A stretch of 64,000 nt of DNA, taken from contig OX597824.1 of the NCBI GenBank assembly GCA_951406725.2, forward strand, positions 62,186,001 to 62,250,000. Reading direction: 5' to 3'. The notes under the pieces were generated by a model. That model was not told the DNA's origin. It was given only the letters and a program-made list of their open reading frames with translations, and did no database searches. Below, in pieces: positions 25,060 to 37,900 of this stretch. The DNA comes from Octopus vulgaris (lineage: Eukaryota). The translations under genes and the position numbers were made by a program. The number at the start of each line of letters is the position of its first letter. Within the stretch, counting starts at the first letter, position 1.

Positions 25060-25540
25060 CTAACAAACCTATATTTATATATGCATGAACTTCTTATAAC
25101 ACTCTCTGATGAAACCTAGAAGCATACCCAAGTACCCTGATTTTATCTACAGATCACTACAATGCACTGAGGAGGTGGAAGTAGCGTATGGGGTGCTCTA
25201 GCCTCTTAACTGAAGCGGCTTTGGGGAACTACTCTTCTTTCTCTATTCTAGAAATTACTAATACTTTACACATGTATTTATATATCATCTGAACTGATTA
25301 AAATAGACATAATATAATGCCTAACTGCTGATGAATACTACCTCTGGATTCCCTCCATTTTCTTCTTGCCATATAATTTAAGCGTAAAACCACTTATTAC
25401 TCTCGCCTAATTTTTTTACACAGTGGGGTAATTAACACGCAGTAACCAGTACTTGTGTATTAATTAGGTATCCTTCCAGCAGTATATTGGATAGATACTA
25501 TCCCTTACTTGGTTGGACTGACAACATCTAACTCCCTTTG
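25060..25540 (+). mobile_element. Diverged copy of the ~500 bp hammerhead-bearing repeat at 54540-55075
   Basis: Collinear blocks: actctctgatgaa...cccaagtacc, gatgaatac.acctc, ggtat.ct.ccagca.tat.ttg.atag, ttggttg...acaac.tctaactc. Confidence 0.6.
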
Positions 25541-25550
25541 ATATATATAA

Positions 25551-25585
<35 letters not shown>

Positions 25586-26301
25586 TGTATGTATGTATGT
25601 ATGTATGTATGAATGAATGTATGTGTTGATTGTGCCGACGGCAGAATAGACATAGATTCAACATGTGTAAATATCAGTTATAACAAAAATATATTCGGCG
25701 GCATGATAAATTGTCATTTATGTTAAGTACGGTACCACGTCTAGAAAACTGTTTATTAACAAGTCGCCAGTTTGAACGGCACTTCATTGTATCATCATCA
25801 GGAAAATGAAAGGAAATATCGACACCTGTGGGACTTGAACTTTTCCTCAAAATTCTGTGATACTTTACGCTTTATCGGCAGCTCTACGGTTTTCCAGCAG
25901 AATCTTCGTCATCCGTAAAGCATTTATATATCAAATGTTAATTTTTGACATTAAAAGTTATACTCAGCAATCATAAAAGCCCAGAAGTTTCATAAACATT
26001 TTGAGGAAACAATTGTTATATTTACCCTGCCTTACAAGCGAAATCAGTTTGACAGTTTAATGGTAGTTTTCCATTTAAGGTTTCGGGGAATGTGACCCAC
26101 TTATGCCATAATGCATCCCTGGCTAATGGAAGATACACCTCTATCTGTTAAATGTTTAGTTGCTTGACGTGAAACACTTCGAATTTTCCTTTGAATGTAT
26201 ATTTTCGGATAAAATTACATATAGCAAGAATCTGAGGCAGAGTAAACACCAGTGTATTATTTACTTTCTCTCTCTCTCTCTAAAGCTGAATACACACACA
26301 G

Positions 26302-26512
<211 letters not shown>

Positions 26513-26926
26513 GTTATATTTAAGAAAAATACCAGATAAACTCCTCTTTCTCTTCAGATTCTCAGATTAATGTTGCACTTAGAAGTGCTCAAGAAATTCA
26601 GACTTGAAACAAAAGATAAATATAGAAGTAAGGATAACACCAATAATTCAGTGCACAAACAATAATCCAACTCACTTTCATCAATAGACTTGATACAGAA
26701 GAATCCCCAGAAGCACATAATTATTATATAGAATATATTAAAACACATAGTTACATTAAAAATATATAGGGTAACTGACACATTTAAAAATATACAGATG
26801 TGAATATTGATATATAAGTGTATAAAATATATTGTAGGTGTATAAATATGTATATATGATCATATGTATATATATATATATATATATGTATGTATATATA
26901 TGTATATATATATGTACATATATATG

Positions 26927-26991
<65 letters not shown>

Positions 26992-27027
26992 GTGTGTATG
27001 TATCTATGTATGTATTGTGTATGTATA

Positions 27028-27680
27028 CAGGCTTGGTCAAAAGTATTAGGCCACTCGAATGTTTTGGGGTTCTGCCAGTTCAATGTTAATAAAACTCGAG
27101 CACATAGTAGATTATGGTATATTTCACAATATGCATTAGTTCCTTTAGCATCAATTTCTGTTTTTATACTGTACTATACATATGCAACCAATTATGAGTA
27201 AGACCAAGGTCCAAAATTAACTTATGTTTTTCCTTGGGTTTTATGCTAAATACATTGTAGATACAGTTAATAAACAGTAAAATGCCTACAACAAGGGAGT
27301 TGAGTGAGTGTAAGCGAGGTCAAATCGTAGCTCATCAAAAAGAGCGAATGTATCAAAGGCAAATTGCTCAGAAGATGAAATGTTCTCGATGTGTATTACA
27401 AACGACCCCAAGCACTTCAGAGAGACAAAAGATGTGAAAACAAAGCAGAAAAAAGTTTACATCACCTCGTGATGATAGATCCATCATCCGTTAGTCGTTC
27501 GGAAACAGAAGAAAAAACATCGTCGGAGCCCTGTGCGGACATCAAGAAGGCAAATACTTCACTGTTAGAAGAAAGCTTGTAGAGTACTGTCTGAAAGGCT
27601 GTAAAACCAGGAAGCGAATATGGAAAAACGTCTTCTGTGGGCCAAAAGCCATTGAAATTGGACCAGTGAGCAGGTAATTT
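27028..27680 (+). mobile_element. Truncated Tc1-family DNA transposon (left TIR plus N-terminal transposase remnant)
   Basis: TA|CAGgcttGGTCAAAAGTATTAGgccac is a Tc1-type terminus. ATG 27282 gives MPTTRELSECKRGQIVAHQKERMYQRQIAQKMKCSR (paired-like HTH), later TVRRKLVEYCLKGCKTRK and KRLLWAKSH*NWTSEQ. No DDE region or right TIR. Confidence 0.8.
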
Positions 27681-27799
27681 AATAGATCAAGAATTCATAG
27701 AGGTAGAAGGCGGAGGTGAGTGGAGGAGGGAATATTTTTTTGATAAATTAAATTTGTGATTAAAATAAGTGACAATTACTTTAACTAAGAACGGACTAC

Positions 27800-27842
<43 letters not shown>

Positions 27843-27932
27843 CAATATAGGGTTGCAAAAAAAATTTTAGGTCAGATATAAACTTGGCAAGGTCGGAAAT
27901 GCCTCGTGAAAATATCTGTTCCGACTTGGGCT

Positions 27933-28039
27933 ATTTCTTACTGAAGAATCTGAGGGCCTGTGGAAGATTGGCTTGATTTAATTTAATCAGGTTAGTTTAC
28001 CATTAATCAGCAGATGAAACGGTATATCGTATAAGAAAT
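27933..28039 (+). ncRNA. Type I hammerhead ribozyme, copy 1
   Basis: Stem I ATTTCTTA (27933-40)/TAAGAAAT (28032-39); core CTGAAGA (27941-47); stem II ATCTG (27948-52)/CAGAT (28011-15); GAAA (28016-19); stem III ACGG-tata-TCGT; GUA triplet at 28029-28031. Confidence 0.88.
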
Positions 28040-28426
28040 TACAGGGTAAATGTTTTTTTTAATTTTCTCCTGGTTTACGGAATTAACTTTTATTTGCGGT
28101 TGAAGCTTTCGCTGTTATTTCTAGTGGGTGAATGGCCTATTATGGCCGTTCCTTGATTGTTGATGTTGAACTTAAAAATGGTCTATGACTATTTAATTTT
28201 TTCCTACTAGGCCGCTGGTGGCAAAAGAATTCTACAAACTTTTTTTTTGCCACCCTATATTGATTAATTATGAATTTTCTGGTTAATTCCGTAATGGAAT
28301 CGACGGCTTATATTTATTTGCTGCCGATAAATTTGGCGCGAGTGCGACGATTTGAAAATTTTAGGTCAGATATAAACTTGGCAAGGTCGGAAATGCCTCG
28401 TGAAAATATCTGTTCCGACTTGGGCT

Positions 28427-28533
28427 ATTTCTTACTGAAGAATCTGAGGGCCTGTGGAAGATTGGCTTGATTTAATTTAATCAGGTTAGTTTACCATTAA
28501 TCAGCAGATGAAACGGTATATCGTATAAGAAAT
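28427..28533 (+). ncRNA. Type I hammerhead ribozyme, copy 2
   Basis: Same sequence as copy 1 at +494; predicted cleavage after 28525. Confidence 0.88.
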
Positions 28534-28920
28534 TACAGGGTAAATGTTTTTTTTAATTTTCTCCTGGTTTACGGAATTAACTTTTATTTGCGGTTGAAGC
28601 TTTCGCTGTTATTTCTAGTGGGTGAATGGCCTATTATGGCCGTTCCTTGATTGTTGATGTTGAACTTAAAAATGGTCTATGACTATTTAATTTTTTTCCT
28701 ACTAGGCCGCTGGTGGCAAAAGAATTCTACAAATTTTTTTTTGCCACCCTATATTGATTAATTATGAATTTTCTGGTTAATTCCGTAATGGAATCGACGG
28801 CTTATATTTATTTGCTGCCGATAAATTTGGCGCGAGTGCGACGATTTGAAAATTTTAGGTCAGATATAAACTTGGCAAGGTCGGAAATGCCTCGTGAAAA
28901 TATCTGTTCCGACTTGGGCT

Positions 28921-29027
28921 ATTTCTTACTGAAGAATCTGAGGGCCTGTGGAAGATTGGCTTGATTTAATTTAATCAGGTTAGTTTACCATTAATCAGCA
29001 GATGAAACGGTATATCGTATAAGAAAT
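28921..29027 (+). ncRNA. Type I hammerhead ribozyme, copy 3
   Basis: Same sequence as copy 1 at +988; predicted cleavage after 29019. Confidence 0.88.
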
Positions 29028-29126
29028 TACAGGGTAAATGTTTTTAAATTTTCTCCTGGTTTACGGTTGAAGCTTTCGCTGTTATTTCTAGTGGTGAATG
29101 GCCTATTATGGCCGTTCTTTGATTGT

Positions 29127-29178
<52 letters not shown>

Positions 29179-29287
29179 TTATTTAATTAATATAATTAAT
29201 ATGTTCAATAAGAAATATTATTTTCGAAATTTTTTCTCTTATAGGTTCTTACGCTATCTACCTGACAATTTCTTGTTAAGTTTTCCT

Positions 29288-29338
<51 letters not shown>

Positions 29339-29494
29339 CATATATATACACATATATATATACATATATACATGCATAAATATTTGCTTACACAGAGATA
29401 TACTGCATGTGATCATATGCATATGTGTGTGTGTGAGTACGCAAATGTATATGCATTTATATATATATATATATATATGCATATATATATTCAT

Positions 29495-29569
<75 letters not shown>

Positions 29570-29658
29570 CATTTGGAAATAGATTTGTGGCGTTCAATCA
29601 AATAATATTATGAATAATATATATATATGTATGTAGATCTACATGTATGTACACGAAC

Positions 29659-29756
29659 GGAAAACAAGGCATGTAACATAAGTGCTCGAATGAGGAATAG
29701 ATGGACAACGGACAACCTATGAAATGTCGTTCTTTATGTTACTTGTCTTGTTTTCC
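29659..29756. repeat. 23-bp inverted repeat pair (foldback)
   Basis: ggaaaacaaggcatgtaacataa (29659-29681) versus ttatgttacttgtcttgttttcc (29734-29756); 21/23 complementary. Confidence 0.75.
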
Positions 29757-29995
29757 ATTTATTTATCTCGATGTTTGCGTACGTACTCAACTCAGTTGCT
29801 TTCGTATGTTGCTTAAGGTCTGTGACGTTCTGTACCCATTTATATATCTATATATACTGAGGAGAGTATATTTTCTTTTTGCGACTTACAATTTAACACA
29901 CTCACTGGTAAAATTTCTACTTATTTCTTATTTATATTTGTGTGTGTGTGCCTATGCATGTATGTATGTATGTACGTATGTACATGCATGCATAG

Positions 29996-30043
<48 letters not shown>

Positions 30044-30089
30044 AAAACAAACATGTGCACAAATAAAATAAAAGGAATGCAGTGTAAAT

Positions 30090-30240
30090 AACGGACTATT
30101 GAAAAGGTTGCAAGACTATTGAAAAGGTTGCAAGACGCAACGAAAATTTTAGGAAAATAAAAATAAGAATTTACAGGAAATTTTACCGGTGAGTGTGTTA
30201 AAATATAAGGCATACAAAGAAATTGACTCTCGTCAGACAC
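30090..30240 (-). mobile_element. Short repeat family present three times (29857-29940 +, 30090-30240 -, ~31167-31293 +), beginning with CTGANGA-GAGT
   Basis: Shared block tttaacacactcac.ggtaaaatttc...ttttcctaaaattttcgttgcgtcttgcaa.cttttcaatagtc. This copy has a 20-bp tandem duplication at 30094-30133. Confidence 0.65.
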
Positions 30241-30941
30241 AACAGAATATGCTTCAACAAACAAACTCATATGAAGAATCTTGCAAACCAAATCCAAAAA
30301 CGAAATATATCTATATATATATACATATGTTAACTAACACACACAACCCCACGCACACCCATACACACACATACACAAACATACATACACACGCACACAT
30401 ACACGCACACACGTACGAACAACTACACGCGCATACGCACAGGTACACACACACGCACACATACGCACACACACAGACGCATGGAGACATACCACACACC
30501 AAACACACGCAACATCTACATACACAAACAAGCATACATACACATGCACACATATACTTCAAACTGCCAGTCAAATACCTTTCTGCTCACCATTTCTCTA
30601 CACACATGTGAAGAGACACACAACTATACTAACAACTACCACTCTTGTTACCATCCTCCTGAATTCTTCTTACAATAAGAGACACAAAGTTCACTCACAC
30701 ATACACATACAAACAACTACACACACACAACACACACACATACACACATGCTATTACTCACACACACACAGACTTCGTGCACACGACCATACCCACACCT
30801 ACACATAAAATAGCTCCTCTTACACTCTCCTATCATAGAAATAACTTTTTCATAACCCATTCCTTTGCGGTCATTTCAAAAGGTAACCACATACAGATCG
30901 TTGCCAATGTTTTTTTTGCTCTTGGACTTTTCTTCGTCTCC

Positions 30942-30977
30942 TGTTCCTGACGAAGAGCTTTGCTCGAAACATGAAAC
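30942..30977 (+). ncRNA. Minimal hammerhead-like motif (probably inactive)
   Basis: CTGACGA (30947-53), a-GAGC-ttt-GCTC, GAAAC (30966-70); the stem III/NUH region (atg) is not canonical. Confidence 0.5.
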
Positions 30978-31083
30978 AACCTTTCTTTTCCTCAATGAGC
31001 GTCTGCTAATATTTGCGTCGTCGCATTATTTTTTCATCTTGTGTTTGCTCTTCGTTTTTTGGGAGGGATTTATATGTATATAC

Positions 31084-31163
<80 letters not shown>

Positions 31164-31379
31164 ATATACTGTTGTGTCATTTCTTTGCCTTATAATTTAA
31201 CAAACTGACCGTTAAAATTTCCACTTATTTATGTTTTTCCTAAAATTTTCGTTGCGTCTTGCAATCTTTTCAATAGTCTTGACTCCAAAAACCAAATATA
31301 TATATATATATGAATGTATGTGTGTCTTTATCCGTGTGTGTATGTATTTATATATATGTTCGTTTTATACATGATAGAT

Positions 31380-33720
31380 TCTCTCACCTTGAACGAGAAA
31401 TGAGGGTTCACTAAAATAAGGCGTGAACCATGTTATGTTGACACAAATATATTTATTGGGGCCTGCTGGTGGCTTGCAAACCTCTTGCACCAAACCGACG
31501 ACTCAGTTTGCTTCAGTGCTTGTGGATCGTTTACTATGTGCTTTGGAGAGTGGACGGCAAGGCATGCTTTGTTTCGTGTCACAAAACCAGTTACACATAA
31601 GGTATCCATTTAGTTGAGCAGCATTTTGTCAGTGTGGCTTCATGTTTACACGAATTTGGTCCTGATGTTGGAATCGACCTTGATCAAATCTTTGAACTGA
31701 GGAGAAGCTGGTCCGGTTTGGGTCCTGCTTTCTGATGCTTTGTTTTTCCATTACAAAAAGGGAATGTTGCATCGCTTCAGATTGTCTTTTAGCTTGTCTT
31801 TGAAGCGCAAGAATCGCCTTCCAATTGACCTTCCTGATGGGAATTGGCGAAAGAGAAGTCGCTGTGGAATTGTGATATCACTCATACGTGAAAGATGACC
31901 TGACCATCTAAGCTGTATTTTGATGAAGATGGTTTCAATATCCAATACGTTGCATTTTGTAAGTAATTTTCTGTTATAAATATGGTAAATCGCTGTTATA
32001 TTGGAGATATTAAGCAAGGATCGCCTATGAAACGTGTTAAGTAGGTTAATGTACTTTCGGTACATAGTCCAAGATTCAGCATCATAAAGCAATGTTGTCA
32101 AGAGTCACTCATCATACAAATCTATGGCCATCACACATATCCATGGCGTCCAAGGATATACATTGACTTTCACCGTCGTGACGGTTCCAAAGCCCATGAT
32201 CAAACTTGCCGAGAGCAGAGCTAGTTATTCCGACTCTGGACTCAATTTCTCTATCGATCTTATAATTGGACACAATAGAATCAACACAAGTGAAAGGGGG
32301 AACAATTTTTAATGCTTACCCATCAGCACAGGGGCAACAACAGGAAGACGGATAAGCTCATTATCCTTGATGCTGATTGTCAGACAAAAACCGTTGATTC
32401 ACGCGAAATATTGTTTAGAATACATTGACTGTCTTCAAAAGTCTGTACTGCAAGTGCACAATTGTCTGCGTAGAGCAAACTCCGAACTGTTTTCACGAAA
32501 GTCTTTGTATTTTTTCTTTGAATCGACGTTGGTTGAAAAGCCACTACCAGTTTTGTACTCAAACTATATTCCTTCTTTCATACCCACGAACGCTGTTTCC
32601 AATATGACGGAGACATACAAAGCAAATAAGAGCGGTGACAGAACACAGACTTGTATTGTCTCATTTGAGACTGAAAAGTAATCGGATACTTCCTAAGTAG
32701 ATCTGACAGAAGCCATCATCCCTTTGGAAAGATACGATAACATTGCGTATCTTTACGGAAACATATAGCTTTCTAAAGACAACCCAAAGAGGATCATCCC
32801 TAGATACGGTGTCGAGAGTTTAGCTGTATCTACAATAATGACAAATATGTCACGGTTGTGCCCATGAGCCTTTCCTGCAGCTGCCGTAGGCTAGAAATTA
32901 TATCCACTGTCCTTCTACCTGTTCAAAATCCACAGTGAGATTCAGGCAACACTAAGCTGGCAAGGGCATCATGTAGTCTGTTTCAGATAACCCTACCAAG
33001 GATCTTCCAGTCAAAACACAAATTAGATATACCTCTATGGTTGTCACATTCACATTTGTTGCCTTTGTGCTTATAAAATTGGACAACAGAAGCGTTTTAA
33101 ACTCATATGGGACTTATCCTGATTCCTAGTTTTCACGTAACGTGTTCAGCAGGAGACTGCTACCACACTTATATGTCGCAGCTGATATGTCATCGTTTCC
33201 ATATGTGCTTCCATTCATGAGCTGTTTTATAACGTTTTCCTTTTATCTCAGCATTTGATGGAGTAACTGACAGTTTTTCAAGGACCGGCTTCTGTGGTAG
33301 ATTGTGGGTCAGTTCTTTATGAACAATTTAATCCATATTTAGAATATTTGAAATACGCTCTGCCCAGCGCTTCGCGATCTCCTTTTAATGTGTAAGAAGC
33401 TTACCCTCTGTTGAAAGAATGGGAGTTGAGCCACCAGACACTGGTCCAAAAAGGCCATTTAAATTCTGATAGAATGACCTGGAGTCACATCTACCCGCAG
33501 CACCTGGCAACTCATGTACCTTCTTTTGCCACCATATCTGTTTCATTTCCTCAGTTGAGATTCGCATATATTTCTGGTCTTTTTAATCTCGTTGCGTTTT
33601 GTGGCATTATTTTATTTGAGATTTATTGACAGTAGCACTTGTGCATATTGTCCAAAAATGGACAATATGAGGAAAAATGTTTGAATCAGTTGACTCGAAA
33701 CAATTTTGGTGATTCCTCTT
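31380..33720 (-). mobile_element. Decayed, 5'-truncated RTE-clade LINE
   Basis: Minus-strand motifs LLYADNCAL (YADD-like), LLYDAESWT, QLRWSGHLSRM, GRRFLRFKDKLKDNLKRCNI, plus an upstream DSRSFYQNLNGLFGP...STEGKLLT linker typical of RTE/BovB-like ORF2. Confidence 0.85.
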
Positions 33721-34950
33721 AACTTACCCGAGTGTTTCTTTATATATATGCCTTTGCATGATTTTTTGTATATATATGTATCTGTGGATATCTATATAAT
33801 CAAAATGTATACCTCTCTAGAGTACACGCGCGTATGGTCTGTGTCACTTACCAGACTTCTGAGGAAGCAAAATATTATACCTCTGTCCCACTGTGTTTCT
33901 GGGCACATTCAAATATGCAATCCCAAATTATTTATAATCTGATATATTTTTGTTACTGGTCAGGGGGGGCAAAAAGGATAAAATTGTAACAGAGTTTATA
34001 TAGGAATACACGTCCTTCCTTTTTAAAACGTAAAATGATTTGAAGAATATTTATATTTTATTTCCGGCAGTTCCTGCAGCAACCGAGAATCTGTATCGTA
34101 TGATTCATTTTTAGTGGCATGTGTTGAACATTGTAAATTCTGTTGCGGCATATTTATGAGGCTATGCTATTTTTGTAAAATCAGCAACATTTATTAATTA
34201 CTGCATAAGATGCATTGTATCAGATACGTCTTGACTCATGATTTACAGTTCTGTTATTGCTTACTTGTAAGTATATTTCTGTTGCTATAAAGTATAACTG
34301 GTGTTTTGAATTTGAGCCTATGACTTTCAGTAAAGGTTTAGCTTCAAACAAGATAAAAATTCAAAAGACTTTTGACCAAACGATCTCTGTTATATATTAG
34401 TACGTTTTCCTATTTCTCTAAAATCACAAACTTCTTTGGATTGATGTATATGATGTGTTCTTGTTTAGCTCCAAGTAAAACTTTACGTAGACAATTTACG
34501 GCCCAGTATTTTTCATATTTCGCAAAATACAAACACACGCGCGTACATGCACTTATATTTGACGTCATAAGGGTTTATAACCGTTTGGGAGGCCGCTGAA
34601 TGATTTTTTTTCGAACTAGGTCTTAAAGCACATAATTGCTATAAAAAATAGCACATAAATTGTGGGTTGGAAAATCATTTTGGATAGAGAAAGTCAAAGG
34701 TTCTCCGAAATTCTCTATGCATCATAATGATGCTTTAAATATATGTCATATTTACCTGTATTCAGTGGTACTGGATTGTCGTATATGTTTGATCATCAAA
34801 CACACTGTCTCGAGTATGTGATTGTAGTTTTTGTTTTGAGCTCAAATACCGCGAAGTTCAACGTAACGTTTTAACTCGCCAGGGTCCACTGATGTCGATT
34901 CAATGGAATATATCCTCCCTATAATATACAAACCTGTGCCAATGTCAGGA

Positions 34951-34991
<41 letters not shown>

Positions 34992-37900
34992 CACACGCGC
35001 GCGCACACACACACACATATATATGTATGTATATTGAATCATAACAATTTGAAGTATGTATTTTAAACAATTTTTGTAGTTGGTTGCACGTGCATACACA
35101 CACATACACACACACACACACACATACACACACACACACACACACACAGACACACACACACATACACACAAATACACATACACAACACGCACAGGCACGC
35201 ACTCAAACACACACACATGTGAGTGATTAAAAGCGCAGCATATTTCATAGAAATGTTGGCGGAATAAAAGCTAAATAATTTCGATTTCGATTTCAGTCCA
35301 ACTAAAGAAAAAATCGAAACCGTTTATTCAGTACATGCGACAAGCTATTACATCTCATTGATTAGTTAACGTGTTCGAATATCAGCCGTTAGAGAGTCAG
35401 ATAAAAAAAAAGTGCAGTGTTATTTCTCTCAATTTTCTGCGCTCTATCTCCGATATCATCTTTACTTTCTATCCTTTCGTGTTGCTAATAGAGGTAATAA
35501 ACTTATGATGACGCAGCTATCCCCCCTATTTACTGTCATACCAGGACAGCTTAATTTTCCAATAAAAGGACAACGGTGGGAATATCTGTATCTGTTCGCA
35601 TTACATGATCACGGAAACAACTTGCGTATACGAAGATCTTGCTAATTGTTGAGGTGTTGAGGTGTTTCCGTTGTTGTGAATGAAGTCACATTTAATTGCG
35701 AGTGACAATACTGTTAAATCATTAAAAGCAATTGACATACAGTTTGTGATAGAAAACCTTCCCAAATTTGCTAAGCTAGATTGGTATTAATGGAGTCTTC
35801 CTGCAGCGAATACTTTAAAATTGTTTCTTTTCTCCCTGTCTGGCTTTGGACCGTTGCTCCTCGAACGTTGGCTTTTAAGCATTAATCAACAGCCGGGAGT
35901 CTGAAGCGTTTCTTTTTTGTACTCTGTAGCTATGTTTATTGTCATTGCTCGGCCCCACTAAGAGCTGTGATCTTTCCTTATTCGTTTCAGTTACAATGTA
36001 ACCAGTACTTCATTACTTTGAATAAACGTCTATACCCTTTTGTCTATTCAAGAGGAAGTACTGTGATTCGAGTGAGATTTGGCTGCTATAGCAGACCGAG
36101 CGATTAATAATCGCTCATCTAATTTGCGCTGGGAGAGTTTCTAATTCCTTGCCTTGTTAACAATACATAACTTTATATATCTTTGTATATATGCGTGTGT
36201 TTATTATGTGTACAAGTGTCTTTGTGTGCATATGTTTGCGCATATACATGTGTGTATAAGTTAGTGTGTATGTATATATGTACGTACCCATTGTATTTCA
36301 AGAAAGTATCAGTTAACTTCCGGAAGTTTAAATTTCTCGAAATTTATGTATATTTTTAAATTTTCTTATTTGGATGATTTTTTCTTCTTTTTATAATTCG
36401 AAGACACTTTAAGTAATGAAATTGAATTTTTATTCTTCTTTCCCTGTGTTTTGTCTCATTTTTACTAAGTCTGTTTCATTAAAGTCATGTATTTTATTCA
36501 CTGTACATTATTAGTTTTCATTTTGCACTTCTTCGTTCCATTTTTTTATATTTTTCGTCCTCCAAAAATTAGTTATGCACAGCTGTCGTCTTCTCAAATA
36601 TTTACTCGTTTCTTTTTCTTTTTCTTACACCTTTCTTGTAATTATTTTACCCCTGTGTACCATTTTATTGCCATCTTCGTTTTCACAGTTCACGCCTACT
36701 CGAAAAACTGCAAGTTCAATAGTACAGCTGATGCAGTCGTGACTTCGCTCAACCTACACAACATATACGTTATACCATCAAATATACACAATTCATAATC
36801 GAAAACCGAGAGTGTAAAACATACTACACCCCCTACAACCACTGTCACACACAGCTCACATTATGTGAACTTTCGCCTAATTGCTTAGCATAATTCACAC
36901 AAACCACGCAAACTCAACACTAAAAATCACAACTCAACACTAAAACACATAAAACGCCTCAAATCCACATATAAATGTAAAACACCAACCAAGGCTGCAC
37001 GTATTCCATACAACAGACGAAACACAAAAAATAATTTCGAAAAACAACAAAACAAGTTTCATAACAAAATACTTCAGATGAAATATGCAAACACACATTT
37101 ACACAAGGTGCAGGAACACACAAGTGCACCTGGCGATTCAGTAAAACTCGCATGAAAATTTTGGAAACGTTATGGTAATAGTAATAATAAAAATAATACT
37201 AATTAACAATTACCACTTTTATTATTTCTTCCCTTCTCTGAATTTCCTTTCAACATTAATAACGTTTTAATAGTTATTATCGTGTCTCATTTATTACTCA
37301 TCATTTTCAACATCTTATACTTTGTCATTTCCTCCTAGTTATTTATTTATTTTTCTTCATCACCATTATTATATTTCTTCATCTGTTGCTGCTGCATCTT
37401 CTGATATCGATTTTTTCTTTACACATTATCAATTGTCAATAATTTCATGTGCTCTGTATTCCGTGACAAGTCTCTTCAACTACTAACAATTTCTTTCTAA
37501 AGATTATTCTGAAATAAACAACAACGGTTTTCTGCAACTATACAAACTGAGCCTCAATTTAAATACATTTCAGACTCTTGAAAATAACAAAGTTGTAGTT
37601 ACTCCTAGTGTTGCAATTCCAGTAAAATAATTCCATACAGGATGTTTCAAATCTGAATAATTCACTGTAAAGAGAAATCAACTGTGTTATATACGAAATT
37701 TTGTGATTATGTGCCACCCGTGACGACCACTAATTACAGTGTCATGAGAATACAAATATGTTTATTCATGATAATCTTTTATATTAAGAGCCTTCTAAGA
37801 ATTATAAATTGCATGTTGTGAAGACGAGTAAGTTCATTGAAACATCGAGTGTGTTTTTATGTGGTTCGATTGTTTACTAATAACAAAAGCTAAATCTCTG

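Larger units (their letters stand above)
27840..29130 (+). repeat. 494-bp tandem repeat (~2.6 units), retrozyme-like, flanked by (TA)n
   Basis: Identical ORFs at 28270 and 28764 give the 494 period; hammerhead cores at 27941, 28435 and 28929; (TA)n at ~27806-27840 and ~29129-29170. Confidence 0.95.

Noticed and set aside
28270-28964. Duplicated 66-aa ORF MNFLVNSVMES...
   Set aside because: It recurs only because of the tandem repeat, has no recognisable domain, and overlaps structured RNA including the ribozyme core. Coding is not supported, though not formally excluded.
27840-29130. CRISPR array or simple satellite interpretation
   Set aside because: There are no short repeats with unique spacers and the context is eukaryotic; the units are long and contain a ribozyme fold.
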